The translations under genes were made by a program, and so were the position numbers. A stretch of DNA of 61,998 bases, the filler included, from Sanchytrium tribonematis (taxonomy: Eukaryota): the NCBI GenBank assembly GCA_018985235.1. It is 11 parts of 11 records of this genome, joined end to end, with 100 filler letters (N's around TTAATTAATTAA, not from the genome) between each part and the next. Parts side by side here need not be neighbours in the genome. Positions count along the whole stretch, not along the records: positions 1 to 23,048 come from JADGIG010000078.1; positions 23,149 to 26,971 come from JADGIG010000798.1; positions 27,072 to 30,887 come from JADGIG010000799.1; 8 more parts are not named here. The stretch is one strand, 5' to 3'. How positions within the stretch are numbered: the first letter of the stretch is position 1; each line of letters begins with the position of its first letter. The notes under the pieces were generated by a model. It searched no databases, was not told the DNA's origin, and saw only the letters and a list, made by a program, of their open reading frames with translations. Below are positions 20,099-30,987 of this stretch, piece by piece.

Positions 20099-22738
20099 AT
20101 GAAACTTTCAACAAAGCTAGATCCTGAAGAAGATCCAGTACCTCGAAAACCCTTGCCTGGTATCACCGGTGTACAGCAGAAATTACCAAAACTTAAACAC
20201 GACACTGGCAAGAGTGCCGCAGGATCGGTTGTACTAGTCTTGAGAACTCCATATACCCTATTTCGAAGCATATTACAGTTAATATTTAACATCGAAATAC
20301 TGATCAGATATAAATACGACAGAAATGTACACGACATGAATGCCGTTCATAAGTATGTTGAGTACTTAATGTTGGCTATTAGAAAGGATGTCAGTTTTTA
20401 CACTGAAAATCAAAAAAATGTATTGAGCCAACTTAAAGAATACCCAGAAGAAGTAAAACAAATCAATGAAACTTTTCAAGAGCTTTTGAAAAAAGTAGAG
20501 CTGTTGTATTCGGAAAAAACCAGCACCCTTCCCGATTCGTTAGATGATTATGATATAGACTGTTTGAAAGATGATATGGAACTTAATTTACCTTCGCATC
20601 CACTTATGGATGACGAGCAATATTTGGATAGAGACCAGGATCTGGACTTTGAGTGTGAATATTTTCATATTCTGATATTTGCTTTTGTTTTTAAGATTGC
20701 AGCAAGATATTATGCAATTGCACAATATGCGTTAACAGGAAACAGCAACATTGCATTCAGCAGGGCTGCAAATATAGAACAGATCAAGAGATCCCTCTAT
20801 TCCGTGGTTGACTTATGTGTGCCATTTTACAACATACTTAATATTCCTGAATTTGAAGTTAGAGAATACGAAGCATGTCGCTATCTATTTCAAAGCGATT
20901 ACAAGATAAAAGGAATTCCAGACAGATATATGGCTCTTGCGATTGAGCTTAAAGTATGTAACAAGCAATGTAATTTAAATGAGTTTTTGAAAATACTTAA
21001 TAATTGTCCATTTTTCTTGCGCATTTCCGCTGAAACATATATACCCAAATTATGTGGCAAGTGGCTGAGATTAAATTATGCGGGCTTATCGCCTATCGAA
21101 CGAGATTTATACTCGTTTGCAACTAAGTCTTTGACTTTCTTTTCTTTGAAAAAAGAGAATATATTTAAGCATATAAACTTAGACTTAGACTTTAAAAAGA
21201 CAGTGCATTTTTTGGATTTAATTGTGAGAGATCAGGTATTATTTTGTAAATCAGATTCAAGATCAAGCTATTTGTCGGCACTGCGTCGGCTTCAAGATAA
21301 ACAACTGAAAGAGTTTAAGGAAATGAATAAGATTACTTTTGACAAAGAGAAGAAAGAAGAAGCAACGGTTTATTTAACTTATGATGTAAATTGGAAAAAT
21401 GTACCATTTACTCCTCAAATTACAAACACATTTTACTCTCACTCTAATTATGTAAATACAAATCTCAGAGATATAGAATTTGATTTAGCCAACCTTCTAT
21501 TTGACGGAGCTATAAATCTTAATTCTAAAACGTTTATTGTCAAATGGACCGGTAATCCAAATGGCGCAACATATACAAAGAAGTCAAATCCAAAAAGCGT
21601 TAAAAAATCGAGCACAATTCTAGCTTCTTTGCTTAAAAGCAAAAAGGAAATTTCGCCAATTAAACAGGATAAATTTAAGTCCGTCCCACAGCAACAAATT
21701 ATTTCAGCAAAACCAAGTAGTACAGAGTCTGAATTTGAAGGAAGTGATAAAATTAGTGAAGTGTCAGATGTAGCTCTCATAGAATCATCCTCTCCATTTG
21801 CCAAAGTTCAAACACCGATAACAACCAAACTGGACGGTGCTTTTAGCTTTCTTCCATTTTCTAACCAAAAACCTTCAAGCAAATTGAAAACTGAAATAGA
21901 AGTATACTCACCGGACATTGATATGGAAGATGCTCTTTCGCCTGTCGATTCCTCGGCAATAAAGGTCCACAATCCTCCGACTGACCGACCTAGGCTTGCT
22001 GTAACAGCTCCTAAAACATTATTTAAATTTGATATAGCGAAAAATCCGTCTGATTTTTCTTCAACGCAAAGATCCAGCAAGGTTCCGAAAAATGATTCGG
22101 TTGGCAACACATTCAATTTTTCATTTAAATCTAAGATCGCGGATCAAAGTGTTGCTTTCAAACTGCCAGAGATTCGGCCGAGCACTAATGAAGAAACTAC
22201 CACTCTAAAATTCAATACAACTAACAGCAGTCTACAGCCAAATATAGCAAATTTGGCAAAAGACGCGTCAAAAGACATAAAATTGAAGTATAATGGTCAG
22301 CCAAATAGTTTCATTATAGATTCTGAAATTAGAGTGCAAAAGCATCACAAAAATATAATTGTAGATGCTAGGAAAGTTTTTGCGCCGAATAATCCTATTA
22401 ATAGTCATAGAACTGACTTTTTAAATATGAATAAGCAGAAAGAAAATGGTCATTTGCCTCAAAGACAGTCAACTCCTACAAATAGCGTACTCAGTACAGA
22501 CAGTGTTTTCTCGATCAAACCAGAGTACGATGTATTTGTGCCATTTAAAAAAAGGCGACCTAAAGCTCCTTCCCCGATATCTAGTAAAAGACCAAAGTTT
22601 GATGTCAAGTCATTGATCCAACAATCAAATAATTTTGCATCCGAATACGATGATTTGATGGATTTTCAGCCAGGACTTGATCGACTTTTAGAAGAATGCG
22701 AAAAGGATATTTTGAACACAAAGAGTCTTTTTCATTAG
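20099..22738 (+). CDS. Large hypothetical protein with a helical N-terminal half and S/P/K-rich disordered C-terminal half
   Basis: 879 aa uninterrupted ORF; no motif recognised. Confidence 0.7.
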   Translation: MKLSTKLDPEEDPVPRKPLPGITGVQQKLPKLKHDTGKSAAGSVVLVLRTPYTLFRSILQLIFNIEILIRYKYDRNVHDMNAVHKYVEYLMLAIRKDVSFYTENQKNVLSQLKEYPEEVKQINETFQELLKKVELLYSEKTSTLPDSLDDYDIDCLKDDMELNLPSHPLMDDEQYLDRDQDLDFECEYFHILIFAFVFKIAARYYAIAQYALTGNSNIAFSRAANIEQIKRSLYSVVDLCVPFYNILNIPEFEVREYEACRYLFQSDYKIKGIPDRYMALAIELKVCNKQCNLNEFLKILNNCPFFLRISAETYIPKLCGKWLRLNYAGLSPIERDLYSFATKSLTFFSLKKENIFKHINLDLDFKKTVHFLDLIVRDQVLFCKSDSRSSYLSALRRLQDKQLKEFKEMNKITFDKEKKEEATVYLTYDVNWKNVPFTPQITNTFYSHSNYVNTNLRDIEFDLANLLFDGAINLNSKTFIVKWTGNPNGATYTKKSNPKSVKKSSTILASLLKSKKEISPIKQDKFKSVPQQQIISAKPSSTESEFEGSDKISEVSDVALIESSSPFAKVQTPITTKLDGAFSFLPFSNQKPSSKLKTEIEVYSPDIDMEDALSPVDSSAIKVHNPPTDRPRLAVTAPKTLFKFDIAKNPSDFSSTQRSSKVPKNDSVGNTFNFSFKSKIADQSVAFKLPEIRPSTNEETTTLKFNTTNSSLQPNIANLAKDASKDIKLKYNGQPNSFIIDSEIRVQKHHKNIIVDARKVFAPNNPINSHRTDFLNMNKQKENGHLPQRQSTPTNSVLSTDSVFSIKPEYDVFVPFKKRRPKAPSPISSKRPKFDVKSLIQQSNNFASEYDDLMDFQPGLDRLLEECEKDILNTKSLFH

Positions 22739-23048
22739 TGATATAAATAAATTGCAAACACTTCAAAAGATACAATAATCCGTTGATTTTGGTAAATAAA
22801 TCAGTAGCGTATACCCACAAACCTGCCTTTTGAAAAGTACTAGATTGACATCAATAATGAATTAAATCTTAATTACATTCAATTTGAATTAAAGCTGTTA
22901 ATGATTTCTTAATCACAATAATTTCAACAAATTCATATTTCCCTGTAACAAAATGTTGAGCGAATTTCCAAAAAATATTTTAAAAGACTTAACATTACCA
23001 AATTGGGAAGTTAATGAACCTCGACATAGTACTCCTCTAAATAGTTAT

Positions 23049-23148
23049 NNNNNNNNNNNNNNNNNNNNNNNNNNNNNNNNNNNNNNNNNNNNTTAATTAA
23101 TTAANNNNNNNNNNNNNNNNNNNNNNNNNNNNNNNNNNNNNNNNNNNN
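23049..23148. other. Artificial contig linker (N-run + TTAATTAATTAA + N-run); also at 26972-27071, 30888-30987, 34803-34902, 38711-38810, 42610-42709, 46504-46603, 50396-50495, 54279-54378, 58147-58246
   Basis: Ten 100-nt spacers of the same design with a six-frame stop core; the contigs between them fall steadily from 3823 to 3768 nt, i.e. size-sorted. Confidence 0.97.
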
Positions 23149-23972
23149 ATAAGCCATCTTCAATGGTCATTGGGACATTCTGCCCACCTAAAGAATGTCC
23201 TCTCCTCAATTTATGATGCAGACCATGGAATTAATCGACGAATATTAAGTCGTTCGGGAACTCCATGTCTATCCACTGTAATGGTATTGTTTAAGTGAAC
23301 ATGGGTTATTTTAAATGGTCCTTCTTGTTGTGGATCCCATTTACTGGTTAAGTCGCGTTCTGTTTTTCTAATAAATACTAAGTCATTGACTTTAAATAAG
23401 TGTGCAATTCGATTTTTATTTAATCTTGCAACATCTTTGGATACTTGAGTTGGTGTGGTTTTGTGAATGTGTCCTAATGAATTGTACAATGGCATTAGCA
23501 TATTTAAATTGAAAATAACTTCAGAAGGCGATTTACCTAATGAAGAGTGGAATGCGGCGCGTAAGGAGAATGCGATTGATTGGGAATTCCTTGCCCAATC
23601 ATTGACACCGGTACAACGAATCATATTGTTGATTGTACCATGCATTCGCTCGCATATGCTATTTGCTGTGGCCATATATGTGGTTGTAAAAGTGTGGCGA
23701 ATGCCGTATGAAGCACACAAATCCGAAATTTCTTTTGATTTTAAATTGGCGCCTTGATCAGAAAGCATCACAAGCGGTCTGGGATAGCGGTTAAGCCACC
23801 AGTCATCGATTGCTTGAGATACCGTTGAGGCTAATTGGTTTTGTAGCGGAATCAATTCACACCACCGTGAAGAAATGTCGATGATAGTTAATAAATATTT
23901 AAACTCTTCATATTCTGGGTCATCTGAGGACGGAAATGGTCCTTGTAAATCAACAGCAATAATTTCAAATGG

Positions 23973-24014
23973 TGAAATGTTATTGTGAATGTCTGAAATG
24001 TTATTGTGAATGTC
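23973..24014. repeat. Perfect 21-nt tandem duplication inside the integrase
   Basis: TGAAATGTTATTGTGAATGTC x2, encoding DIHNNIS-DIHNNIS. Confidence 0.9.
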
Positions 24015-26890
24015 TGTTGGTTTTAGTTTACAATATTGAAGTGCATTTTTCTTTGATTTTTTACAAATCAAGCACTTATTTACATGAGATTTGATTTGTT
24101 GTCTCATTTTTGGCCAGAAACAGATTGAATTTAATATGTTATTGGTTCTTGTTTCCCCTGGGTGTAAATATGATTCATGTACCCAAGAAATGACCTCATT
24201 TTGAAGTGAGTCTGGTATATAGATTTGTTCTTTTATAATTTCAATTGAAAGAGGCAAATCGATATTTGAAATTTCCAACATCTCTGGATGTGGTTCTGAC
24301 TCATAATATCGGCTTAAAAGATCAGCAACTGGATTATCAGTGCCTTTAATGTGTCTAAATTCTGGATTGTATTCCTGAATTCGAGCAATATATCTTTGTA
24401 AAGTCATTCCTTTGATGGAATTGAGATATTTTATATTTACATTATCACAATAGATAATAATTTTGTGGCCAAAGAGCATGGTATGTAGATGCTCACAAAT
24501 TAATTTAATGGCCAAGATTTCTTTCTCCACAATGGATTGACAAATTTGGGATTCGCTTAATTTGCGAGAATAAAAATAAATTGGTTGAGGAATGTAATTT
24601 TTAATTTGAAAAACGACTCCACCAATTCCGTAATCCGAAGCATCCGTCATAATGTGGAATGCTTGTTGAAAGTCAGGATATACGAGAAGGGATGCTTTAG
24701 CCAGCGATTCAGTGGCTTGAATCAGTGCCGCTTCTTCAATTGTCGTCCATTGGAACTCCACTTTCTCAGAGGTTAATCTGGTCAGTGGTTGCAAAATGGA
24801 TGAAAGTTGTGGTATAAATCGGCGAAAGAAATTCAGCGCACCTAGTACACTACGTACTTGTCGTCTCGTTTTTGGACGTGGCAATTTTAGTAAATCGTCT
24901 ACTTTTGCCGGATCAGGTTGTAATCCTTCAGAATTTAATATAAAGCCGAGATATTTGATTTCTTTTTTTGCTATTTCGCATTTCTTATTTAATCTAATGC
25001 AATTATCTGACAGAATTTGAAATACCTGTCGTAAATGAAGTAAATGCTCATCCATATTGCGAGACATGACGAGAATATCGTCAATATAAATTCGTACAAA
25101 TGATAAATGACCTAATAAATGATGCATCATGGATTGAAATGCCTCAGGTGCGCATGATACACCCATTGGAAGGCGCAGGAACTCATAAATTCCAAATGGG
25201 AGTGAAAATCCGGTAAATTTTCTAGAATCTGGATCCAGCATTACATGGAAAAAACCAGATTTCACGTCTAGAATAGAAAATAACATACCTGGCACAATGC
25301 CCATGAGCAGGTCGTCGATTGATGGAATAGAAAATTGGTACGTGCAATGTACCTATTAAGAGTTGCACTGAAATCTACTACTAATCTACCTGTGCCATCC
25401 TTTTTAGGGACAACAAAGGCAGGTGAAGTAAAGATGCCTATTGATTTTGCGATAATGTTTTGTTGAAGTAAATCATCCACTTGTTTTCTTAAAGATCCCA
25501 TCATTGATTCCGGAATTCTGTAATATTTCCTTCTAAAAGGAGGTGGAGACTTATGAAAGTAGAATTTATACTGGAAATTGGGAACGACACCAGGACTATC
25601 TTGAAAAATATGTTCAAATTCTTTGATTAATTTATCCAAATCAGTGTGAATTTCTTCAATCGAAATTGATTGGTCAAATGAGTATTTGTGCTCATTACAA
25701 GCCAAGATACTCTTTTTAAAATCAATTACAAAGTTGAATTCTTTTAATACATCAACTCCAAGTATGCATTTGTGAGAAATGCTGTCTGCAATATAAAATT
25801 TCACAACTTTAGAAATTGATGGTGAGATTGCAGTGAGTTGAATTGGTACATCTACTGTACCTAGAATATTGAAAGCTGTGCCAGAAGCAGTATAGAACTG
25901 GCTATCTGAAATAGTTGGCGTAATGCCAAGATAGTTAATAAAATCTTTACTCATAAAACTGGCACTTGCACCAGTGTCAACCAACGCATTTGTTGGGTTG
26001 CCTGAAATTAAAACAGGCATTGAAGGACGTCCATCAATCACATTGAGAGTGTATTTTGATTTGGACGCAAGATCACCCTGTTTTAATTCAGGGTGTTTTT
26101 CAAAGCATTGATCTTCTGTGTGCCCCTTTTTTAAACAGTCAGCAAACGTACAAACAGCACCAGGTGTATAATATGCCGTTTTTGTAGACGTGTATTGGTT
26201 TGATGGAATTTTGAGGACTTTGTGGATGCTCTTAAATTTTTTATTTTTTCCAAATTCCTTAAAGGGACGTTTAGTCGGTTGATACATCAATTTGTCATTG
26301 TATTCAAATTGTTGAATATTAAATTCGGCTCTTTTTGCACGCTTAAAAGCTTCTTCAATATTGGCACAATCCTCAGAAAGAACTTCTTTCTGTTATTCCG
26401 GGCGCAATCCTCTTATAAAGGCAAATAATTTGTCCTTTTCTGTGATTTTATCTGATTTCAATCCAGATATATCACAAAGATAAACTTTGGAGTCAAAAAT
26501 CAATTTATATTGGGCAGTTGATTGTTGCTTGCCCTGACGGTATGCTCTCAATTCATTGTAATATTGGGCATATGGGTCTTCGCCCACAAATTGAAGCTGT
26601 AGGCGTTTCATGGCATTGACTAAAGTGTCTTGAGGGCCAAAGGAAATATAGTTCATAAGTGCAGCCCCATTTAAGGCTCGTTGTAAATTCCACAGTTTGT
26701 CAGCCTCTGTCCATTTGGCTTCTTCAGCAATAAATTCGAATTGCTTCTTGAAAAATACAAAATGTTCGTGAGGGTGCCCATGGTATTGATCCATTGACAG
26801 TTTATCAGGTGATTCAACGTTGTCACGTTTGATTGTAAACTTTACACTTGATTTCTCTTTTTTGGATTGGTTGAACATTTGTTAACAAAA

Positions 26891-26971
26891 TGTCGCACGC
26901 ACGCTAGAGAGAATGTATTTATTGAGGGGACCGTGTCCCTTTATAGGGAATCCGAGACATTTCATTGGCCT
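26891..26971 (-). promoter_or_regulatory. 3' part of the 5' LTR with CCAAT, TATAAA and AATAAA
   Basis: Minus strand reads GGCCAATG...CCCTATAAAGGG...CAATAAAT...GCGACA, with the gag ATG 12 nt later. Confidence 0.7.
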
Positions 26972-27133
26972 NNNNNNNNNNNNNNNNNNNNNNNNNNNNN
27001 NNNNNNNNNNNNNNNTTAATTAATTAANNNNNNNNNNNNNNNNNNNNNNNNNNNNNNNNNNNNNNNNNNNNCTTGTGTGAATTTCTTTACTTCTTCTTCA
27101 AAAACACCCATCTGGTTTCAAAAATTATCAAAT

Positions 27134-29436
27134 TTATTCCATTTGTTGGGTTTTTGAATCATTTTCATGGTGTTCCGTTGGATGCTCTCTTCTCATATTA
27201 CCCAACAATGTCATAATACCCACCATAAATCCCATTCCAACAATCCACAATAAATAATTCATATTTTCACTATTAATTTGCAACATAATATTGAAAATAC
27301 CAATTAAAATCAAACTATATCCAATAGTCCAATGTAATTTGTCTCTCGTTGGCACATATTTACGAGTGGGATTGTATTTTTTATCAATATAAAATCCCAA
27401 ACCAATTTGACAAATCATCAATATTAAACTGAGTACTCCAAATAAGACATGCACGATATTATTTGTATTCATATTACTAAAATCAAATATGCCGACAAGT
27501 CCTCTATCCATAATCATGGCATATGTCCCTAAAATAGACGCAATCATTGTAGAAATAAAAATGGCAATATGAATGTAAAACCAACTAAATTAATTCAAAA
27601 ATACCTTTTTCCAATAGCCTGCTTCTCTCTTGCCATAAATACACCCAATGGTGCCAATATCATCCAGGCAATGCTAAAGCAAAGCCCATGCAGCATTTTA
27701 TTGCTCATTGGCGTATTATCTACTTTATTGGCTTGTCCTTGAATCACTATTTTATTAAATGTCTTGCCGTCTTGAAGTCTATGTGGTGGAATATCACTAG
27801 ATGGGTCATTTGAATTCACTTTTGCACCAAATGCCGCCATAAATGCTTGATCATAAAATGAGTTGCTAAAGTCATTAGATGCATCTGCTGGTCGTGTTAT
27901 TTCCACAGAGTAGCCAGTAGATGTGATGATGGGATTGGCAACAGTCAATTGATCATTTGGCGTATATTTGGGCAAAACATTGCCATTTCCAAATCTATTT
28001 GAAACTATGATTTCGTTGTTAAAAACCCATACAACTATCATATCACCCACCATATTAGCACCCAATCCCAATGAACCCCATCCAAATCCATCCATGGTGA
28101 TTTTAACTGTCATTAAATTGGATTCTGGTTGGAATTTAAAATCAAAACAAATTATGCTAAAACAGTAATTAACAAGACTGAGTGGGATAAAAGTAGCAGA
28201 TGTACTTTGTAACGTAGTAGTAGCTAGTTGTGCTTGTACGCCAATGAATAAATAATCTTCTGCTCGATTATCTCCATGATTTAATAATTGGCCATTTTGT
28301 AAATCACCATATGCCCAAATAATGGGATTACTCCCAATTTTAATTGAATTCTGCCATTGCGTATTGGTATTATTAAGCAATCTTGAGAATATAGCAGTAT
28401 TTGAATTGCCTTTTGTCAATGAAATTAATTTAAATTCATTTGCATTTGGCGTAAATTCTACTGGCATCACGTAATCATTGCTGCTTCTAGTCACTAATTT
28501 GACACTATTTCCATCATTCTGAATGGTAAAACAGTCTGCCTTTGTCATGGCATCTCCGATACAGAAACCAATGAAACCAATCATGTTTTGAGTTTGCATG
28601 GTAAAATAGGCATTTGTGGCATCCGTATTTGCAGAAATACATAAAATGTTGTTGGCATAGCATTGCATATCAGAGAAGATAGTGGTGGATGGTTGATTTG
28701 TCGTATATTTCCATTCAAATGTAGCAAAAGAATCAGATGATTTGATGGGTGTATTCATAGGCGTATCACTCATAACCGCATTGGTCATTTGCACATTATT
28801 CGTATTTACAATATTACTTGTAAATGCATTTGATTTTGCATTTGTAAGCACTGTTTGACCCTGTTGATTATTAGTAGAAGTGATTACTGCTTGATTAACA
28901 GTAGCAATAGAGGCTGTAAACGTAGATGAAGTAGCTGGTGGACTATTCAATGGAATACTCAAAGTGCTTGAACCTCTATCTGATGAAGTAGCGCCATGCT
29001 GCGTCGGATCTACGCCAGTTTGACTGCCCTGCGCCCAAATCACCGTATTTGAACCCACTACAATATTATTTTGCCAAATAGATCCCTTTAATACACTTCT
29101 ATAGAATGTAGCTATGGTATTTCCACCAGATTGACTAATCACGATATTACTCAATGGCGTCCCAGAAATAACAGTGGGTGTAAAATGACCAGTCGCTTTA
29201 CGTGCTGTTACTTTGTAACTACCACCCACATTCTCCAAATTAAAACAATCACTAAATGCCATTCTTCCAGATGATGAAATGCAGAAAGCAATATATCTAT
29301 TATTTGATAAAGTGGGCGTAGAAATAGTAAAATATGCATTCGTTTGATCTTGATATGCATCTACACATATTAATGATCCACTAGATCCACCCATACACGT
29401 AGAGGCATATAAGAGGCAGATTAAAACAAGTTTCAT
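27134..29436 (-). CDS. Three DOMON domains plus cytochrome b561 (CYBDOM-type), 2 exons
   Basis: Signal peptide; three DOMON-like units with Met/His ligand positions and IWA motifs; b561 with LHG, WFYIH, VHV and LHW histidines; 20-nt intron 27585-27604. Confidence 0.85.
27585..27604 (-). other. 20-nt spliceosomal intron (DOMON-b561)
   Basis: GTATTTTTGAATTAATTTAG; restores GK-S-WFYIH. Confidence 0.9.
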
Positions 29437-29460
29437 GTTTTTAAGCCACCTGATTTATTT

Positions 29461-30887
29461 TTAATCTTGATCATCCCAATGTCCAGCCTGTTTAGGTGGT
29501 TTAGGACCCCCAGCTGGTTTACTAATCACAATCTGGTCAATTTTCAACAAGGTAGAGCATAAATCCATCCCATATTGAATACTCCACATTTTACTGTAAT
29601 AGCCATCTAATAAGCCACTTTCTAATGCATCACAGTATTGTTTTGAATCAATATCCACTGCAGCATATTTCTTACCATCTGCATGTGCTTTCTTTAAATT
29701 TGCAACATATTCCATGCCCTAAATCAATTAAAATTACATCAAATCCATTATTCTCTGCTAAAATGCGAGGAATACATTCTAATGCACTTGCTACTACATG
29801 AAATGCCTTGCTTTGTAGCCCATTTGCACTGGTTTGACTAGTGAGTGTCAATTGTTGTAAATGTTTGGATAATTCTAATTCCAATGAGCCACCCCCACTG
29901 GTACATCTATTATCTGACATTAATGACTTGTAGACTAATAATCCATCTGTAATAGCACCTTCCAAATCATCCAATGTGGGTTGGGTAGAGCCACGCAATA
30001 AAATGGTAGATGTGCGTGTAGATTGTTTCAATTGCTCAAATACAGTGCATCTATCACTTCCATACTCTCTCGTCTCAAATAAATCGACAGTTCCTAATTC
30101 TTCTTGAGTTGGAATGCCAATTCGAGTCATTGCGACACAATTGACGACTCTACAAAGTCTTTTCAATTCAAATTTAGATGGGCATTTCATGACACTCATT
30201 CCTAATCTGTCACAGTAATGAATCGCCAATTCATTGACATTTCCACCAGAAACAATGATGGAAACACCAGCATCTTTAAATTGCGTCAATTCTTTCAATA
30301 GAGCTTGTTCTTCCAATCTTGTATAGTCTGATAATTCTTGAGCAGAGTGAATTAAGACAGTTCCTTTGGTTTCTGGTTGTGAAATATCCAATGGACAACT
30401 TAGGATGATACATTTACCATTTTTATGGTGTTTGTGGATGCCTAATGGCTCTCTAGGAAATACCATACCACTTAGAACAATAGAATCATGAATGGAACCA
30501 CCTAATACCTTGACAATTCTAATAGATTCTAATGGATCTTTTAATTGACTGGAACCTACTAATGCGATGGATTGCATGACTAGTGCAGTCAATAATGACT
30601 CTAGTCCACTTTGTTTGGCACTAATAGCTGTTTTAATGGCTAATTCCAAATGTTTTTCGTTAGAAGGGAGCACATGATTGGCCAATTCTTTCAATAAAGA
30701 TTGTTTGACTAATTGGAATCCCTCACTCAATACAGATGGTGCAATACCATCATTAAGCAATGGGATACAATAATTAAGTGATTGAGCCACTAAAATACAT
30801 AGATAATTCGTGAAATCACCACATTCATGAAATTGCGCATTACTTGCATCAATTAACAATTTAGCAGCAGGATGATTGATATCTAAT
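29461..30887 (-). CDS. CCT8: T-complex protein 1 subunit theta, 5'-truncated, at least 2 exons
   Basis: HPAAKL, ETKGTVLI, SKFELKRLC, C-terminal KPAGGPKPP..WDDQD; 19-nt intron 29719-29737. Confidence 0.93.
29719..29737 (-). other. 19-nt spliceosomal intron (CCT8)
   Basis: GTAATTTTAATTGATTTAG; gives NNGFD|GMEYV. Confidence 0.9.
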
Positions 30888-30987
30888 NNNNNNNNNNNNN
30901 NNNNNNNNNNNNNNNNNNNNNNNNNNNNNNNTTAATTAATTAANNNNNNNNNNNNNNNNNNNNNNNNNNNNNNNNNNNNNNNNNNNN

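Larger units (their letters stand above)
23149..26971 (-). mobile_element. Ty3/Gypsy LTR retrotransposon, near full length, disabled
   Basis: gag (ATG 26878), Zn knuckle C..C...GH....C, protease LVDTGAS, RT YIDDIL, RNase H TDAS, integrase HHCC + DDE + GPF. In-frame TAA at 26393-26395 and a 1-nt frameshift near 25330. 3' LTR starts TGTC at 23177; 5' LTR ends GACA at 26891. Confidence 0.93.

Noticed and set aside
26393..26395. In-frame TAA in gag (and TGA at 42876) as a sign of stop-codon reassignment such as the aphelid TAR=Gln code
   Set aside because: Conserved host genes end at TAA, TAG or TGA at the expected positions and have no internal stops once tiny introns are removed. These cases lie in decayed sequences.
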